Of a DNA stretch of 64,000 bases, positions 38,634 to 49,468 are shown piece by piece (position 1 is the stretch's first letter; every line of letters starts with the position of its first letter). The notes under the pieces were generated by a model that was not told the origin of the DNA, searched no databases, and saw only the letters and a list, made by a program, of their open reading frames with translations. Origin of the DNA: an uncultured bacterium (lineage in GTDB: Bacteria; Armatimonadota; Abditibacteriia; Abditibacteriales; Abditibacteriaceae); assembly GCA_963843795.1 (NCBI GenBank), contig CAWJLW010000006.1:2356001-2420000 (forward strand), read 5' to 3'. The translations under genes were made by a program, and so were the position numbers.

Positions 38634-40469
38634 ATGAAAATGAAAATACAAATCACTACTCTTTTACTGTTGTGCGGCGCATTGGCGAGCGGAATGGCGT
38701 GCGCGCAGAATCAACCGAAAAGCGAGCCGCAAGGCACGCCAATTTTAGAGAAAAGCGCGCTGGAAAGCGTGAAGTTGGGCACGACACCAATTGAAACGAT
38801 TGATGTAACCGGTCAGGAATTCAAGCGCGCTTTGCGCGTTCGCGTGCCACAAACCAACGGCGAAAGCAACGCGATTCAAATCACACTGAACAACAAAGCG
38901 CCGGTTGCCAAAGGCGATGCCCTGATGGCAACTTTCGCGGCACGAGGACAGGCGGAAAAAGGCGCGCCGCAAATGATGTTTTTGTTCGAGCGCAACCGCG
39001 ATCCGTGGACGAAAAGTGCTTCACAAGGCGTTTCGCTGCCGATTGATGGCAGTTGGAAACGTGTGGCAATTCCGTTCACCGCACAGGAAGATTACGCGCC
39101 CGGCGAAGTGATGAGTTCGCTGCGATTGGCTTTCGGCGCGCAAACTTTGGATATCGCTGAGATGCAGGTTTTCGATTATGGCAAAAATCTCACTGTCGCG
39201 CAGTTGCAAGTACTTGCCGCGCAAATGTCGCCGATAGGAAACGTAAAATTGCAAATCGCCCCCAATGAAAAACGCCAAATGATGCGCGGTCTGGGCGGTA
39301 ACTACACCGGCGGCTGGCGCGCAGGCAACGGCGAACCCAATGACCGCGTGGCTCAATACACCCGCAAGTACTTGCAGCCCGCACACGCGCGTCTGGCTTT
39401 ATCGCTGAAATTGTGGCAGCCCGATGAAAATGGCGCATTTCACGCTGATGGCAAAAACGCGGGCGTGCTGCAAATGGCGAAAGAATTTACCGAAAAACGC
39501 GTGCCCCTGACACTCAGTATCTGGGAAGTTCCCGATTGGATGACCGCCAAAGCCAATGGCAAAACAATCATTCCCGAAGCGCATTGGGACAACGCGATCA
39601 ACGCTTTAGCAGGTTTTCTGGAGCGAGCGCGCGATGAATTCAAAGCGCCAATTGACACGATTTCCTTCAACGAAGCCGATTGGGGCGTCGATGTTTATTT
39701 CACGCCCGAACGTATGGCTGCGTTCATCAAGCGCGCCGTGCCCGAATTCCAAAAACGCGGTTTGAAAACTCTGTGGTTGGCGGGCGATACCACGAGCGGA
39801 GGCAATTGGGCAAAGTGGACGCGCCCGCAATTGGAAGATGCCGCCTTGCGTCCGTTTCTCGGCCCGGTCGCGTTTCACTCGTGGGACGCATTGAGTGCCA
39901 GCGACGCGAGTTATCAGGAAATCGCGCAAATTGCCCAAGAATATAATCGCGAAGTGTGGTGCTTGGAAGCCGGTTCCGATTCGCAGGCGTGGCAACTCAA
40001 ACCTGCGGTGTGGCCGACGTGGAACTACGCGATGCAACTGGCGCAATCTTATGCGAAAACTATCGGCGTTGCGCGCGCTTCTCTGCTCGATTACTGGACC
40101 TATCGCAACGATTATCCCTTAATTTCGGGCGAGGATACACCTTATCCATCGTTCAAAATTTTGCGACAGTTGGGCGAGAATTTCGGCAAAGGCACACAAG
40201 TCATCGGCGTAATCAGCGACAACACGGGCGTGCAAACCATCGCAGGCGTAAAGCCCGATGGCACAACGGTTATTTTTATCGTCAATCCCAATGGCACAGG
40301 TGACATGACAATTAGCAGTTTGAAGGCGAATGCAAAAGCGACGCTGACTGTTTCGGATGAAAGCGCACAAAATCGCACATTGCCGAATAAATTGAGCGTT
40401 GATAAAGCGGGTGAATTGAAAGTTCAATTGCCGTTGCGTTCGGTTTTGCTGATTGAAGTCGCTAAATAA
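38634..40469 (+). CDS. Secreted clan GH-A (GH30-like) glycoside hydrolase with an N-terminal CBM-like domain
   Basis: Signal peptide; RQMMRGLGG, SFNE (acid/base) and VWCLE (nucleophile) pattern; C-terminal beta sandwich. Confidence 0.6.
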   Translation: MKMKIQITTLLLLCGALASGMACAQNQPKSEPQGTPILEKSALESVKLGTTPIETIDVTGQEFKRALRVRVPQTNGESNAIQITLNNKAPVAKGDALMATFAARGQAEKGAPQMMFLFERNRDPWTKSASQGVSLPIDGSWKRVAIPFTAQEDYAPGEVMSSLRLAFGAQTLDIAEMQVFDYGKNLTVAQLQVLAAQMSPIGNVKLQIAPNEKRQMMRGLGGNYTGGWRAGNGEPNDRVAQYTRKYLQPAHARLALSLKLWQPDENGAFHADGKNAGVLQMAKEFTEKRVPLTLSIWEVPDWMTAKANGKTIIPEAHWDNAINALAGFLERARDEFKAPIDTISFNEADWGVDVYFTPERMAAFIKRAVPEFQKRGLKTLWLAGDTTSGGNWAKWTRPQLEDAALRPFLGPVAFHSWDALSASDASYQEIAQIAQEYNREVWCLEAGSDSQAWQLKPAVWPTWNYAMQLAQSYAKTIGVARASLLDYWTYRNDYPLISGEDTPYPSFKILRQLGENFGKGTQVIGVISDNTGVQTIAGVKPDGTTVIFIVNPNGTGDMTISSLKANAKATLTVSDESAQNRTLPNKLSVDKAGELKVQLPLRSVLLIEVAK

Positions 40470-40489
40470 TGCTGCAAGTACTTGCAGCG

Positions 40490-41251
40490 TCAATTGTGAT
40501 GATCCCATTCCCAACGCCACACATCGGCGCGCGTGACGATGCCTTGCAGCGGTTGATTATCGTGCCCATCTTTGGAAATTAACACGGTTTCAAGCCAGGT
40601 GTTTTGGTGAAATTGGTGAGCGATTTCCTGAACGCTCGACTGCGCATCCATCCATTGAAAGACGCGGCGGCGTGATTGTTTTTGCGAACCCGCAGCGAAT
40701 TTCAAAACTTCGCGCACGCGCGCATTATCGAGATCGACGCAATTGCTGGCGCTCTGCGCGGCCAGCCAGCGCGCCAGCAATGTTTCGGAAAATACCCCGC
40801 GAAACTGCTTGGTTTCGTAAACCGGCAACACGCCGAAACCGCGCTCGTGCATCACTTGCAGCGCGCGGCGCAACGAATCGCCGCCTTGCAATAGTTCGAC
40901 GCGACGCTCGAAACGTGGCAGCGCGCGTTCGGGATGCAGCAATTCATCGCGCACTCGCTCGATTTCCTCGACCAATTTCCATGACGGCACGCACGGATAC
41001 TGCTGCGGCGCGTATGTTTCGTGAACCAGGATATTGCGCAAATTGGCGCTCAGGCGCAGCGTTTCGGCGTGCGGCCACCACGGTTCGCGCCGCGATAACC
41101 AATCGACCAGCGAACGAAACGATTGATGGCCCGTCGCGCCGTCACGTTCGCGTAAAGAAAACAGGTTCTGCAAATGCGCATCGAGCGTATTGTACGCGCC
41201 CAAAAATCGCTCGACGCGCTCGCTTTCGTTGGCGGATTCTCCAGTTCTCAT
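40490..41251 (-). CDS. CBS-pair protein with an N-terminal helical, HEPN-like domain
   Basis: CBS segments ALQVMHERGFGVLPV and GIVTRAD; N-terminal LRNILVH. Confidence 0.75.
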   Translation of the reverse strand: MRTGESANESERVERFLGAYNTLDAHLQNLFSLRERDGATGHQSFRSLVDWLSRREPWWPHAETLRLSANLRNILVHETYAPQQYPCVPSWKLVEEIERVRDELLHPERALPRFERRVELLQGGDSLRRALQVMHERGFGVLPVYETKQFRGVFSETLLARWLAAQSASNCVDLDNARVREVLKFAAGSQKQSRRRVFQWMDAQSSVQEIAHQFHQNTWLETVLISKDGHDNQPLQGIVTRADVWRWEWDHHN

Positions 41252-42897
41252 GATTGATTTATCGGCGAAAGACGCAAATCGTCAATGTCCAAAATGCCAC
41301 TTTCGGTTTGAAACAAAGCAGGCATGATTTCTAAAAATGCCGCGCCGGCGGGCACCGTAAAAATTACGTTTTGCTCTGTCCATTGCTTTTCGTCAGCGGG
41401 CAAAGAAAGCGAAGCCGGTTCGGGTTCAATTTTCAATGGTTGGCGCTCTTTGTCGCGCCAGTGAAAAATGAACCGCGCGTCATGATAAGGCTCTTTGCCT
41501 CGCTTGACGTTTTGCGTGCGAAAGCGAAATTGCAGTTCGACGCGTAGCGCGGCAGAAATGGGTAGCGGAATCAGATGATATAAATGCGTGAATTCACCCG
41601 CTGTGGGCTGTTGTAAACGCAGAAAATGGTTGGTAGCGGCCTCGACTTTTTCAGTTTCCCAGCTTAAATTAGCTTCGCGCTCGAATCCCAGCGGCCAATT
41701 ATCTTTGCCGCTTTCAAAGTCACCATTTTGAATCAGAAAATCTGCACTCGTCGCTGCGGCAACGGGGAAACCGCCAGGAAAGTTTTTCAGAACACGCATT
41801 TGCGGACGTTCGGGTACGCCGCGTCCATTCCATTCCAATGCCAGCTTATCACCCACGGGCCAGCGCGGTCCGCCCGCCCAGTAAGCACCACCAATTTGGT
41901 TGGCTTGCAAATAACCCAAAAAATTCTCTAAAACTGGCAGCCAGCGCACATCATCGCCCGGCAACCCGAATTCGCCGATAAAGCCACGCTGCTTTTTCTC
42001 ACGACACCATTCGACGAAAGGCCGCGCGCGTTCAACGCCGATATTTGCATCGAATTTGGGATTTTTGGCTTCGTCATCGTAGCTTTTGCCGTAAGTGCCA
42101 CTCGAATTGTCATCGAAATATTGATGCGCTTCGTAAACGATGTTGTTAGAGTTATCGTGAATGGCAAGATTTTCGTTGACTTTGTGCCACGAATGCGCGC
42201 CGCTCCAACTGTCGCCCGCCACGAAAATCGCGGTTTTGGTGTCCACTTCGCGAATCGCATCGGTCGCCGCTTGCGCTGAGCGCGGCCAGTTTTGCCCGTC
42301 GCCCATGTCGTGCGGTTCGTTCATCAAACCGTAGCCCAAAATCGCGCTATTTAAATCGCCGCGATAATGTTCGGCCAAGCGTCGCCACAAATCGGCGAAA
42401 GAGGAAAATGGTAGTTCTGCACTTCCCAGACGATATTCAATCGTACTTTTGCCATCCGGCGCCAGCGCGTTATAACGCCCATAATTGTGACAGTCGAGCA
42501 AAATTAACATTTCTCGCTTTTGCGCGGCTTCGACAACTGCATCCAGCGCTTTTAACTGCGCATCATTCAAGGGCGCGTTGAGTTTGGGTTGCACGCGTTC
42601 CCAGCGAAATGGCACGCGAAAAATGCGCCTCCCGCGACTTTTGTAGAAATCGAGCTCGGCAGGTTTGGGAAAATCGTATTCGGTGCCTTTGGTCCCCGGA
42701 TAAATCGTGCGCGTATTGTTTTGCGATGGCCCAATCGAGCCAAATTCGCCGCCCGCTAAATTGACACCGAACCAACCCACAGCTTCACGTTGGATTTTGG
42801 TTTCGTCCGGTTGGGGTTCATCGCTTTGAGATGAAGTCGCGGTTGTCAGCAGCAATGCGAGGCCCGCGATTGCGGAAATTGGGCGCAATTTTTTCAC
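41248..42897 (-). CDS. Secreted GH5 endoglucanase-like protein with a C-terminal CBM-like domain
   Basis: GVNLAGGEFG, LDCHNY, MNEPH, YEAHQY and IGEFG motifs; IQNGDFE begins the C-terminal domain. Confidence 0.88.
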   Translation of the reverse strand: MKKLRPISAIAGLALLLTTATSSQSDEPQPDETKIQREAVGWFGVNLAGGEFGSIGPSQNNTRTIYPGTKGTEYDFPKPAELDFYKSRGRRIFRVPFRWERVQPKLNAPLNDAQLKALDAVVEAAQKREMLILLDCHNYGRYNALAPDGKSTIEYRLGSAELPFSSFADLWRRLAEHYRGDLNSAILGYGLMNEPHDMGDGQNWPRSAQAATDAIREVDTKTAIFVAGDSWSGAHSWHKVNENLAIHDNSNNIVYEAHQYFDDNSSGTYGKSYDDEAKNPKFDANIGVERARPFVEWCREKKQRGFIGEFGLPGDDVRWLPVLENFLGYLQANQIGGAYWAGGPRWPVGDKLALEWNGRGVPERPQMRVLKNFPGGFPVAAATSADFLIQNGDFESGKDNWPLGFEREANLSWETEKVEAATNHFLRLQQPTAGEFTHLYHLIPLPISAALRVELQFRFRTQNVKRGKEPYHDARFIFHWRDKERQPLKIEPEPASLSLPADEKQWTEQNVIFTVPAGAAFLEIMPALFQTESGILDIDDLRLSPINQS

Positions 42898-43014
42898 AGT
42901 TCACCTTTGATAAATTGAAAGTAAAATAGCCCTGCAAGTACTTGCAGGGCTATTTTATCATTTGTGCTTCAGAAGTCGTATTTCCAGCGCGCTGCAAGTA
43001 CTTGCAAAGCAACT

Positions 43015-46000
43015 TCAGCGCGCCGCCATTTGCGCGCCTGCGGCACCGATTTTATCGCCTTGAAAATTCGCGATTTCATATGATGCGCCCAGATGATTGC
43101 CGCCCAAGCCGCACAAAACGTAATCTTGGTTGGGCGCGGCGAACGCGATTTCCTGAACCGCTGTGCCCAGATTCGCTTGGCGCAACGCGCTCAATAGATC
43201 GAACTGCGCGTGATGCCATTGTCTGTCGGCTTTCACGTCGGCGATTTGTCCCAAAACCACGCTACTATCAACGGGCATTGCGGGCAGCGGCGCGAAACCG
43301 GCAGTAATCGCCGGACGATTGGGTGCATCATCAAAGGGCGCCAGAGACGTGTTGCCCAGCTCGTCAGCGGCTGCGGGTGAAACAGTTCCGTTACCGGTGA
43401 AACCGATTTCGCGCCAGCGATTGTCAATTTTCACATACACATTGACCAGCGCATCGCTACCGATGCGGTAATCGAAACCTAAAATCGGGCGCGCCTTGGC
43501 GTCGTAGGCGCGGCGCGAAACGTAAGTCGTCCAATCGCCGCCACTTTGCGGATTGACGATTTTCACGCCATTTTTGCCCGCTTCGCTAATTTCCTGCACG
43601 CGCGAACTGATTTTTAATACATCATCACGGCGCGGCGCCCACTCATCCAAAGCGTTTTTCACCGGAGTCACGACCGGCACAATTTCAGGTTTTTGTGCGG
43701 TTAACAGCGGCGCGGTAGCGGGTGACAAATTTTGATACCACAAGCGCGCACGCGCAATCGACAGCCCACCGTTGTAAGTCCAAAAAGCGAAACGACCACC
43801 GCTTTTTCCGCTGTCCAGCGGTTGCGGGTCAGTGAATTCCATTACCACACGGTTATTGACACTGTATTTAAAATTCAAACCTTGCGGGGTGCGACGGCGC
43901 TCGACGCGCACATAAAACCAATCCTGATGCGTATTATCAGAACCAGGTGGCAATTCAAACGGCTTCTCAAGCACGATTTTATCGCCGCGATAAATCCGAC
44001 TCACGGTCCGATTTTCGCCACCGAAAACGAACGAATAGCCAGACGCCAGATCGCGACCATCGCCAGCGACGGTTAGGTTCAAATCAATTGGCGAACGTTC
44101 GCCGCGCGTCAAGTCCATCGGCGTAGCAACATAGGCTTCGAGCGTCCAATCGTCGCGCGTTCCAAAGCGGCTCCACAAAGTGGGATTAACGGCGTTGGAG
44201 CCGACGAAAAACGCCCACTGCGGCGAACACGTCCAGCGCTCGGCGACTTCCCATTTGCCTTGCGTGGCCTGCCAATCGACCGGCGCCGAAGTGAAGGTGT
44301 AATCCAAGGCTTGCGTGGTTGTTGCGAGCGTATTTTCCCAATCGACGACACTTTGCACCACAGCGGGCCGCCAAATTTGCAGCGCGACTTTTTCGCCGGG
44401 CTTTTTGGTTTGTACTTGCGCGATGATTTGTTCGGCACTATCAACGGCTTTGCCATCAACGTTTTGCACGATGTCGTTATCTTTTAAGCCCGCTTTGAGC
44501 GCTGGTGAAGCGGCTTCGACCCCTTGAATGAATGCACCTTTGCCGTCGTAATCCAAATCTTTTTGCAGCGGTGGTGTGATTTCAGCTAGACGCACGCCCA
44601 CATAAGCACGTTTTTCGCGCTCGGTGGTCGTGAGTTCGATGTTTATCACGTTACCTTTAGGCGGTGTGGGAATTGTGCCACCCCAAGTCACGCCACTCTT
44701 GATACCATCGACTTTGCTGCTCTGCGTGGTCTGCGACATCAATGCGCGCCCGTTAGCTGCTACGCGCAACAGTGCGCGTTCAGAATCGAGCGGACGGCGC
44801 ACAAAGCGAACCGTGCGCACTTCGTCTTTCCAATCGGCATCGGCCAAGGTTTGTGTGTCCAAAGTTTTCCCGTTTTGCGATAGCGTCCATTGCCAATTTG
44901 TGCCCGCGCGCGCGATTTTCACCTGCGCGCCACTTTCGGAGTTGGCCGGATTGGCGGCTAAGCGCAACGTCAAAGTTCCGCCGTCGGGCAGTTTGGGCAG
45001 AGGAAGCGTTAGGGCTGAATCGCCGAAAAAGTCGCCCACGTGCCACCATGTTCCATCGCTGCCACGCTTCCACGCTGCAGCGTTCGATGCCCAGTTTTTC
45101 ATCAGCACATCTTTGGCGAAACGTTCGGGCAGCGCACCTTCGCCCCAAGAGGGAGCGGCTCCCAAGGCACGAAACGATGTGAGTGCCACACTTTTGGCCG
45201 TACCCACACTCCACACGCCCACGCGTCCGGCGGGCACAGATGCGACAGTCGCCATTGTGCTGGCGCTTCCGGCGCGCGCGGTGATAATGCCATCGCGCCA
45301 TTCAATTTCAATTTTCGGCGTCAGACCAAAAGTTGCTTTGGTGGCCGAAAGCAAACGTGGCGTGTCTGCATTTACTTCCACGATTTCCAATTGACCAGCA
45401 CGCAAACGCGCTGCGTAGAAATTTTTGGCATCGCGCGCGGCAAAAACTACAGCGGGCACGCTATTTTTATCGCTCAAAGCAAAAGTCGCTTCGACCAAAC
45501 CTTCTTCGCGTTCGCTGCCGCCGGTCAGGCTCAAAGCACTGCCCGCACTCAATGCGACGCGACGGCCAGATTTGTTCTGAGCTTGGGTTTGCCACACGCC
45601 TTGCCAATCGTCCCAGCGCCCAACAATAGCGTGCGCGAATTGATCGGAAGTCGCATCGGTTGGCACAGCGCGCACATCATCGAAATCAATCGTGTTCGCG
45701 CCGCCGGTGTTGGCCGACAGCGCTAAAGGCCCTTGCGCGAGGTCACCTTCGCTGCTTTCGCCATCGACTCGCACGCGCTCGACGCCGTCGACCAGTAAAC
45801 GCAAGGTGCCTGGCCCGGGATCGAGATAAATGCGATGCCATTGATCGGGATCGACTTCAAACGCCGCGCTCGCTCCCAAAACTTTACTGCCACGCTTGAT
45901 TGTCGCGCGACCCGTGCGAAAATCGACTTCGCCGCTGACGCGCGTGCCATCTTTCTGCACATACGCATTCAAGGCCGCCACGAGAGGCGCATTCGCATCA

Positions 46001-46821
46001 TGTAACATCGGCTTGACCGCCGCTGCCACAGCGTAATCGCTCCAAAACCATTGGCCCGCAGTCGTGAGCGCGGTTTGTGTTTTGGTCGCATCGGTTAAAG
46101 AAGCGCGAAACACAAACGGATTCGGATTGAGGGCGGCGTCGGCGCGCTGCCCCAGCAAACCGCTGGTTTTCCATTCGCCGCTCACGCGCGTCCACTGACC
46201 GGGGTTTTCCTTTTCGTCGGGGCTTTCGGCGCGCATGAAATCGTCGCTGAAGTAGGTCGCTTCCCAAGGTTGCACGCGCGCACTTTCGATTTTCGCTCCT
46301 TGACTGGCCACGCCCCATGAGCCTTGAGGAATTTCGCCCCACATTTGCGCCACCACCGCACCGTTCCACAACGCCCGCGTGCGCGCACTGGTATGTTGCA
46401 GCGAAAGCTGAGCGTTAGCCGAAAGTACTTGCGACGCGCCATCTTGACCGACCGGCGATAATTTTCCGTTTTGCGCGCGCCAAAACTGCGCTTTGATTTG
46501 CTTGCCATCGCTTTTCAACAACAACATCTGATAATCGCGCTCCGATATGCGCGCGAAAATCAAGCGCGTTTCAAAAGGCGCGTTAGCCGACAAATCGCCG
46601 CGCCACGTCCAGGCACTTTCATCATTATCTTCCCATGTAAACGAGTTCTCCCAGCCACGATTATCGGGCGCAGCGATTGGAGCAGAATTTATGACAGCCG
46701 GCGCGGCGTGCAGCGGTGAAAACAGGCTGCAAGTACTTGCAGCCAGAAATACCCCGCAAGTACTTGCAGGGCGATAATTTTTAAAAGAAGTGATTAGTGA
46801 GCGGCGAGAAAGAAAACGCAT
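43015..46821 (-). CDS. Large secreted beta-sandwich protein with an inserted PDZ domain
   Basis: YVGVRL...SPALKAGLKDNDIV..VDG (PDZ); LamG/ConA-like WHRI...VDG segments; start moved to MRFLS. Confidence 0.7.
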   Translation of the reverse strand: MRFLSRRSLITSFKNYRPASTCGVFLAASTCSLFSPLHAAPAVINSAPIAAPDNRGWENSFTWEDNDESAWTWRGDLSANAPFETRLIFARISERDYQMLLLKSDGKQIKAQFWRAQNGKLSPVGQDGASQVLSANAQLSLQHTSARTRALWNGAVVAQMWGEIPQGSWGVASQGAKIESARVQPWEATYFSDDFMRAESPDEKENPGQWTRVSGEWKTSGLLGQRADAALNPNPFVFRASLTDATKTQTALTTAGQWFWSDYAVAAAVKPMLHDANAPLVAALNAYVQKDGTRVSGEVDFRTGRATIKRGSKVLGASAAFEVDPDQWHRIYLDPGPGTLRLLVDGVERVRVDGESSEGDLAQGPLALSANTGGANTIDFDDVRAVPTDATSDQFAHAIVGRWDDWQGVWQTQAQNKSGRRVALSAGSALSLTGGSEREEGLVEATFALSDKNSVPAVVFAARDAKNFYAARLRAGQLEIVEVNADTPRLLSATKATFGLTPKIEIEWRDGIITARAGSASTMATVASVPAGRVGVWSVGTAKSVALTSFRALGAAPSWGEGALPERFAKDVLMKNWASNAAAWKRGSDGTWWHVGDFFGDSALTLPLPKLPDGGTLTLRLAANPANSESGAQVKIARAGTNWQWTLSQNGKTLDTQTLADADWKDEVRTVRFVRRPLDSERALLRVAANGRALMSQTTQSSKVDGIKSGVTWGGTIPTPPKGNVINIELTTTEREKRAYVGVRLAEITPPLQKDLDYDGKGAFIQGVEAASPALKAGLKDNDIVQNVDGKAVDSAEQIIAQVQTKKPGEKVALQIWRPAVVQSVVDWENTLATTTQALDYTFTSAPVDWQATQGKWEVAERWTCSPQWAFFVGSNAVNPTLWSRFGTRDDWTLEAYVATPMDLTRGERSPIDLNLTVAGDGRDLASGYSFVFGGENRTVSRIYRGDKIVLEKPFELPPGSDNTHQDWFYVRVERRRTPQGLNFKYSVNNRVVMEFTDPQPLDSGKSGGRFAFWTYNGGLSIARARLWYQNLSPATAPLLTAQKPEIVPVVTPVKNALDEWAPRRDDVLKISSRVQEISEAGKNGVKIVNPQSGGDWTTYVSRRAYDAKARPILGFDYRIGSDALVNVYVKIDNRWREIGFTGNGTVSPAAADELGNTSLAPFDDAPNRPAITAGFAPLPAMPVDSSVVLGQIADVKADRQWHHAQFDLLSALRQANLGTAVQEIAFAAPNQDYVLCGLGGNHLGASYEIANFQGDKIGAAGAQMAAR

Positions 46822-47035
46822 AGCGAATTCAGACAACGATGCTGGCTTAACGGTTCCGCAGACCCAAAGCAAATGTGGCCAAAGCGTGGCAGCTGCTGGC
46901 AGCAACTTGTCATGACAAATCACAACTCGATTGTTGAAACGTTGTCTACTTCCCATCGTTTCTAACTCGAATAAGACTCGGGGAAAGGAAAAGCCGCAAA
47001 CGCGGTTCTCGTTGTTTCAACGTTTCAATTGTTTT

Positions 47036-49432
47036 ATGAAATCTTCGTTTTTAATAGCTGGAAGTTTAGTGATGGTGGGAGGCATCGCGTGGGGAGCGAA
47101 ATTGCCTACACGCGTGCTTTATGTGCCGCTCGAACGCGCCAACTCGCAAGCCAAAGCGGCCTCATCCTCAGCCAAAACCACCGATAATCCCTCGTTCGAG
47201 CGCGATGTCAAGCCGGTCATCGCCAAATATTGCCTCAGTTGTCACGCGGGCGAAGATGCTTCGGCGGGTTTGGATTTATCGAAATTTCAGAACACGTCGC
47301 AAGTTTTGAAAGATGGAGAAACCTGGGAGAGCGTGGCGCGCAACGTCGGCGAATCGCATATGCCACCCAAGAAACAGCCACAGCCTTCGCCCCAACAGCG
47401 CGACCGTTTGGTGGCGTGGATCGAAAGCACTTTATCGCAGGCTTACTGCGATTTGAGCGATCCGGGCCGCGTGACACTGCGGCGGTTGAACCGCGAAGAA
47501 TATAACAATTCGGTGCGCGATTTATTTGGCATTGATTTCCGGCCTGCCGATACTTTTCCTTCTGATGATGTGGGCTACGGCTTCGATAATATCGGCGATG
47601 TGCTGTCGATGTCGCCACTATTGATGGAAAAATATCTCAGCGCCGCCGAAAAAGTCGCCGCCAAAGCTATCGTCGCGCCCGATGGCGATATTCGGATTGC
47701 GACTTATAGCGGCGATAAATTCACACCGGCCAATGTGGGTGGTATTTCAGAAAGTGGTGGAAGAAATCTCAGTTCACAAGCTGAAGTTGGTGTGGACTAC
47801 AACTTCCCCGCCGAAGGTCAGTATGTTTTGCGCGTTCATACGTGGGCCGAACAAGCCGGTGACGAGCCGGCAAAAATGAAGCTCGCCTTAGACGGAAAAG
47901 CTTTGCAAACCTACGAAGTGAAAGGAACCAATGGCAATACGCAAATTTGCGAATTCCCACTGGAGGTGGCAACGGGCAAACATCGTGTGACAGTCGAATT
48001 TCTCAATGATTTTTATGACGAAACGCGGCCCGCAGGACAACGCGACCGCAATTTGATTATCGAAAGCATTGAAATTGAAGGCCCGCGTTTAAAAAACATT
48101 GTACCCAATGCTTCGCACCTGAAAATTCTGCCAGAAACGCCGAATAAAATGTGGAGCGCCGATAAGAAAGCGCAGTTTACACGCGTGGCAGTGAGCAAGT
48201 TGGCGAAGCGCGTGTTTCGTCGCCCGCCCAGTCAAGACGAAATTACACGTCTGGCCAGCTACGTCGATCTGGTGGAAAAAGATGGCGGTTCTTACGAACG
48301 TGGAATGCAGGTCGCACTGCAAGCGATGTTGGTTTCGCCGCATTTTCTGTTTCGCGTCGAACTCGATCCGGCCAAAGGCAAAGCCACGCGGCCACTCAAC
48401 GATTACGAACTGGCGACACGCCTGAGCTATTTTCTGTGGAACAGCACGCCCGACGATTCTCTGCTGTGGTGGGCCAGTCAGGGAAATTTGCACGATCCTA
48501 AACATTTAGCGCACCAGGTGCGGCGCATGTTGCAAGACCCCCGTGCCGAATCTCTGGCGAATAATTTCGCGATGCAGTGGCTGGAATTGCGACGCTTGAA
48601 CGATGTCGCGCCCGACCCAGAAACCTTTCCACAGTGGACGCCGCAATTGCGTGATGCCATGCAGACAGAAACTACGATGTTTTGCAACGAGATCATCCAA
48701 AAAGATCGCTCGATTTTGGATTTCCTCGACGCTCGTTTTTCCTATATGAACGAGCCGTTGGCCAAATTGTATGGAATATCCAGCGTGAAGGGCGACAATT
48801 TTCAGCGGGTGATTTTCAACGACGAACAAGCCAAACAACGCGGAGGTTTGGTGACACAAGCTAGCGTTTTAACTGTCACATCCAATCCGACTCGCACCAG
48901 TCCGGTGAAGCGCGGCAAGTGGGTTCTCGGGCAGATTCTGGGCACGCCACCGCCGCCCGCGCCACCCAACGTACCGCAGTTGAATGAAGACAAAAAAATC
49001 GTGGCTTCGGCACCGATTCGCGAGCGCATGGCGCAGCATCGCAAAGATCCGGTTTGTGCCAGTTGTCACGCGCGTATGGACCCGATTGGTTTCGGTTTGG
49101 AATCGTTCGATGGCATCGGCGCGTGGCGATTGAAAGATGGTAATTTTCCGGTCGATGCGCACGGCGAGCTTTCCGGCGGGCAAAAATTTGAAGGGCCGCA
49201 AGGTTTGCGCGCTTTGCTCAAAACACGCAAAGACGCGTTCTCGCGCGCGCTGAGCGAAAAATTATTGATTTACGCAATTGGGCGTGGTTTGGAGCGCACC
49301 GATAAATGTTTCGTTGATGACATCGCTTTAGAAACCAAAAAACAGAATTACAAATTTTCTGCACTGGTTTTGTCGATTGTCAACAGCGAACCCTTTCGCA
49401 CCAAAAGCGCCGATAATATAAATAAGAAATAA
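47036..49432 (+). CDS. DUF1592/1588/1587/1595/1585 protein with c-type heme motifs
   Basis: CLSCH and CASCH; LRRLNREEYNNS, ELATRLSYFLW and TSPVKRGKW motifs. Confidence 0.9.
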   Translation: MKSSFLIAGSLVMVGGIAWGAKLPTRVLYVPLERANSQAKAASSSAKTTDNPSFERDVKPVIAKYCLSCHAGEDASAGLDLSKFQNTSQVLKDGETWESVARNVGESHMPPKKQPQPSPQQRDRLVAWIESTLSQAYCDLSDPGRVTLRRLNREEYNNSVRDLFGIDFRPADTFPSDDVGYGFDNIGDVLSMSPLLMEKYLSAAEKVAAKAIVAPDGDIRIATYSGDKFTPANVGGISESGGRNLSSQAEVGVDYNFPAEGQYVLRVHTWAEQAGDEPAKMKLALDGKALQTYEVKGTNGNTQICEFPLEVATGKHRVTVEFLNDFYDETRPAGQRDRNLIIESIEIEGPRLKNIVPNASHLKILPETPNKMWSADKKAQFTRVAVSKLAKRVFRRPPSQDEITRLASYVDLVEKDGGSYERGMQVALQAMLVSPHFLFRVELDPAKGKATRPLNDYELATRLSYFLWNSTPDDSLLWWASQGNLHDPKHLAHQVRRMLQDPRAESLANNFAMQWLELRRLNDVAPDPETFPQWTPQLRDAMQTETTMFCNEIIQKDRSILDFLDARFSYMNEPLAKLYGISSVKGDNFQRVIFNDEQAKQRGGLVTQASVLTVTSNPTRTSPVKRGKWVLGQILGTPPPPAPPNVPQLNEDKKIVASAPIRERMAQHRKDPVCASCHARMDPIGFGLESFDGIGAWRLKDGNFPVDAHGELSGGQKFEGPQGLRALLKTRKDAFSRALSEKLLIYAIGRGLERTDKCFVDDIALETKKQNYKFSALVLSIVNSEPFRTKSADNINKK

Positions 49433-49468
49433 CGTCGCAAGTACTTGCAAAGCAGCTCAAGGACAATT

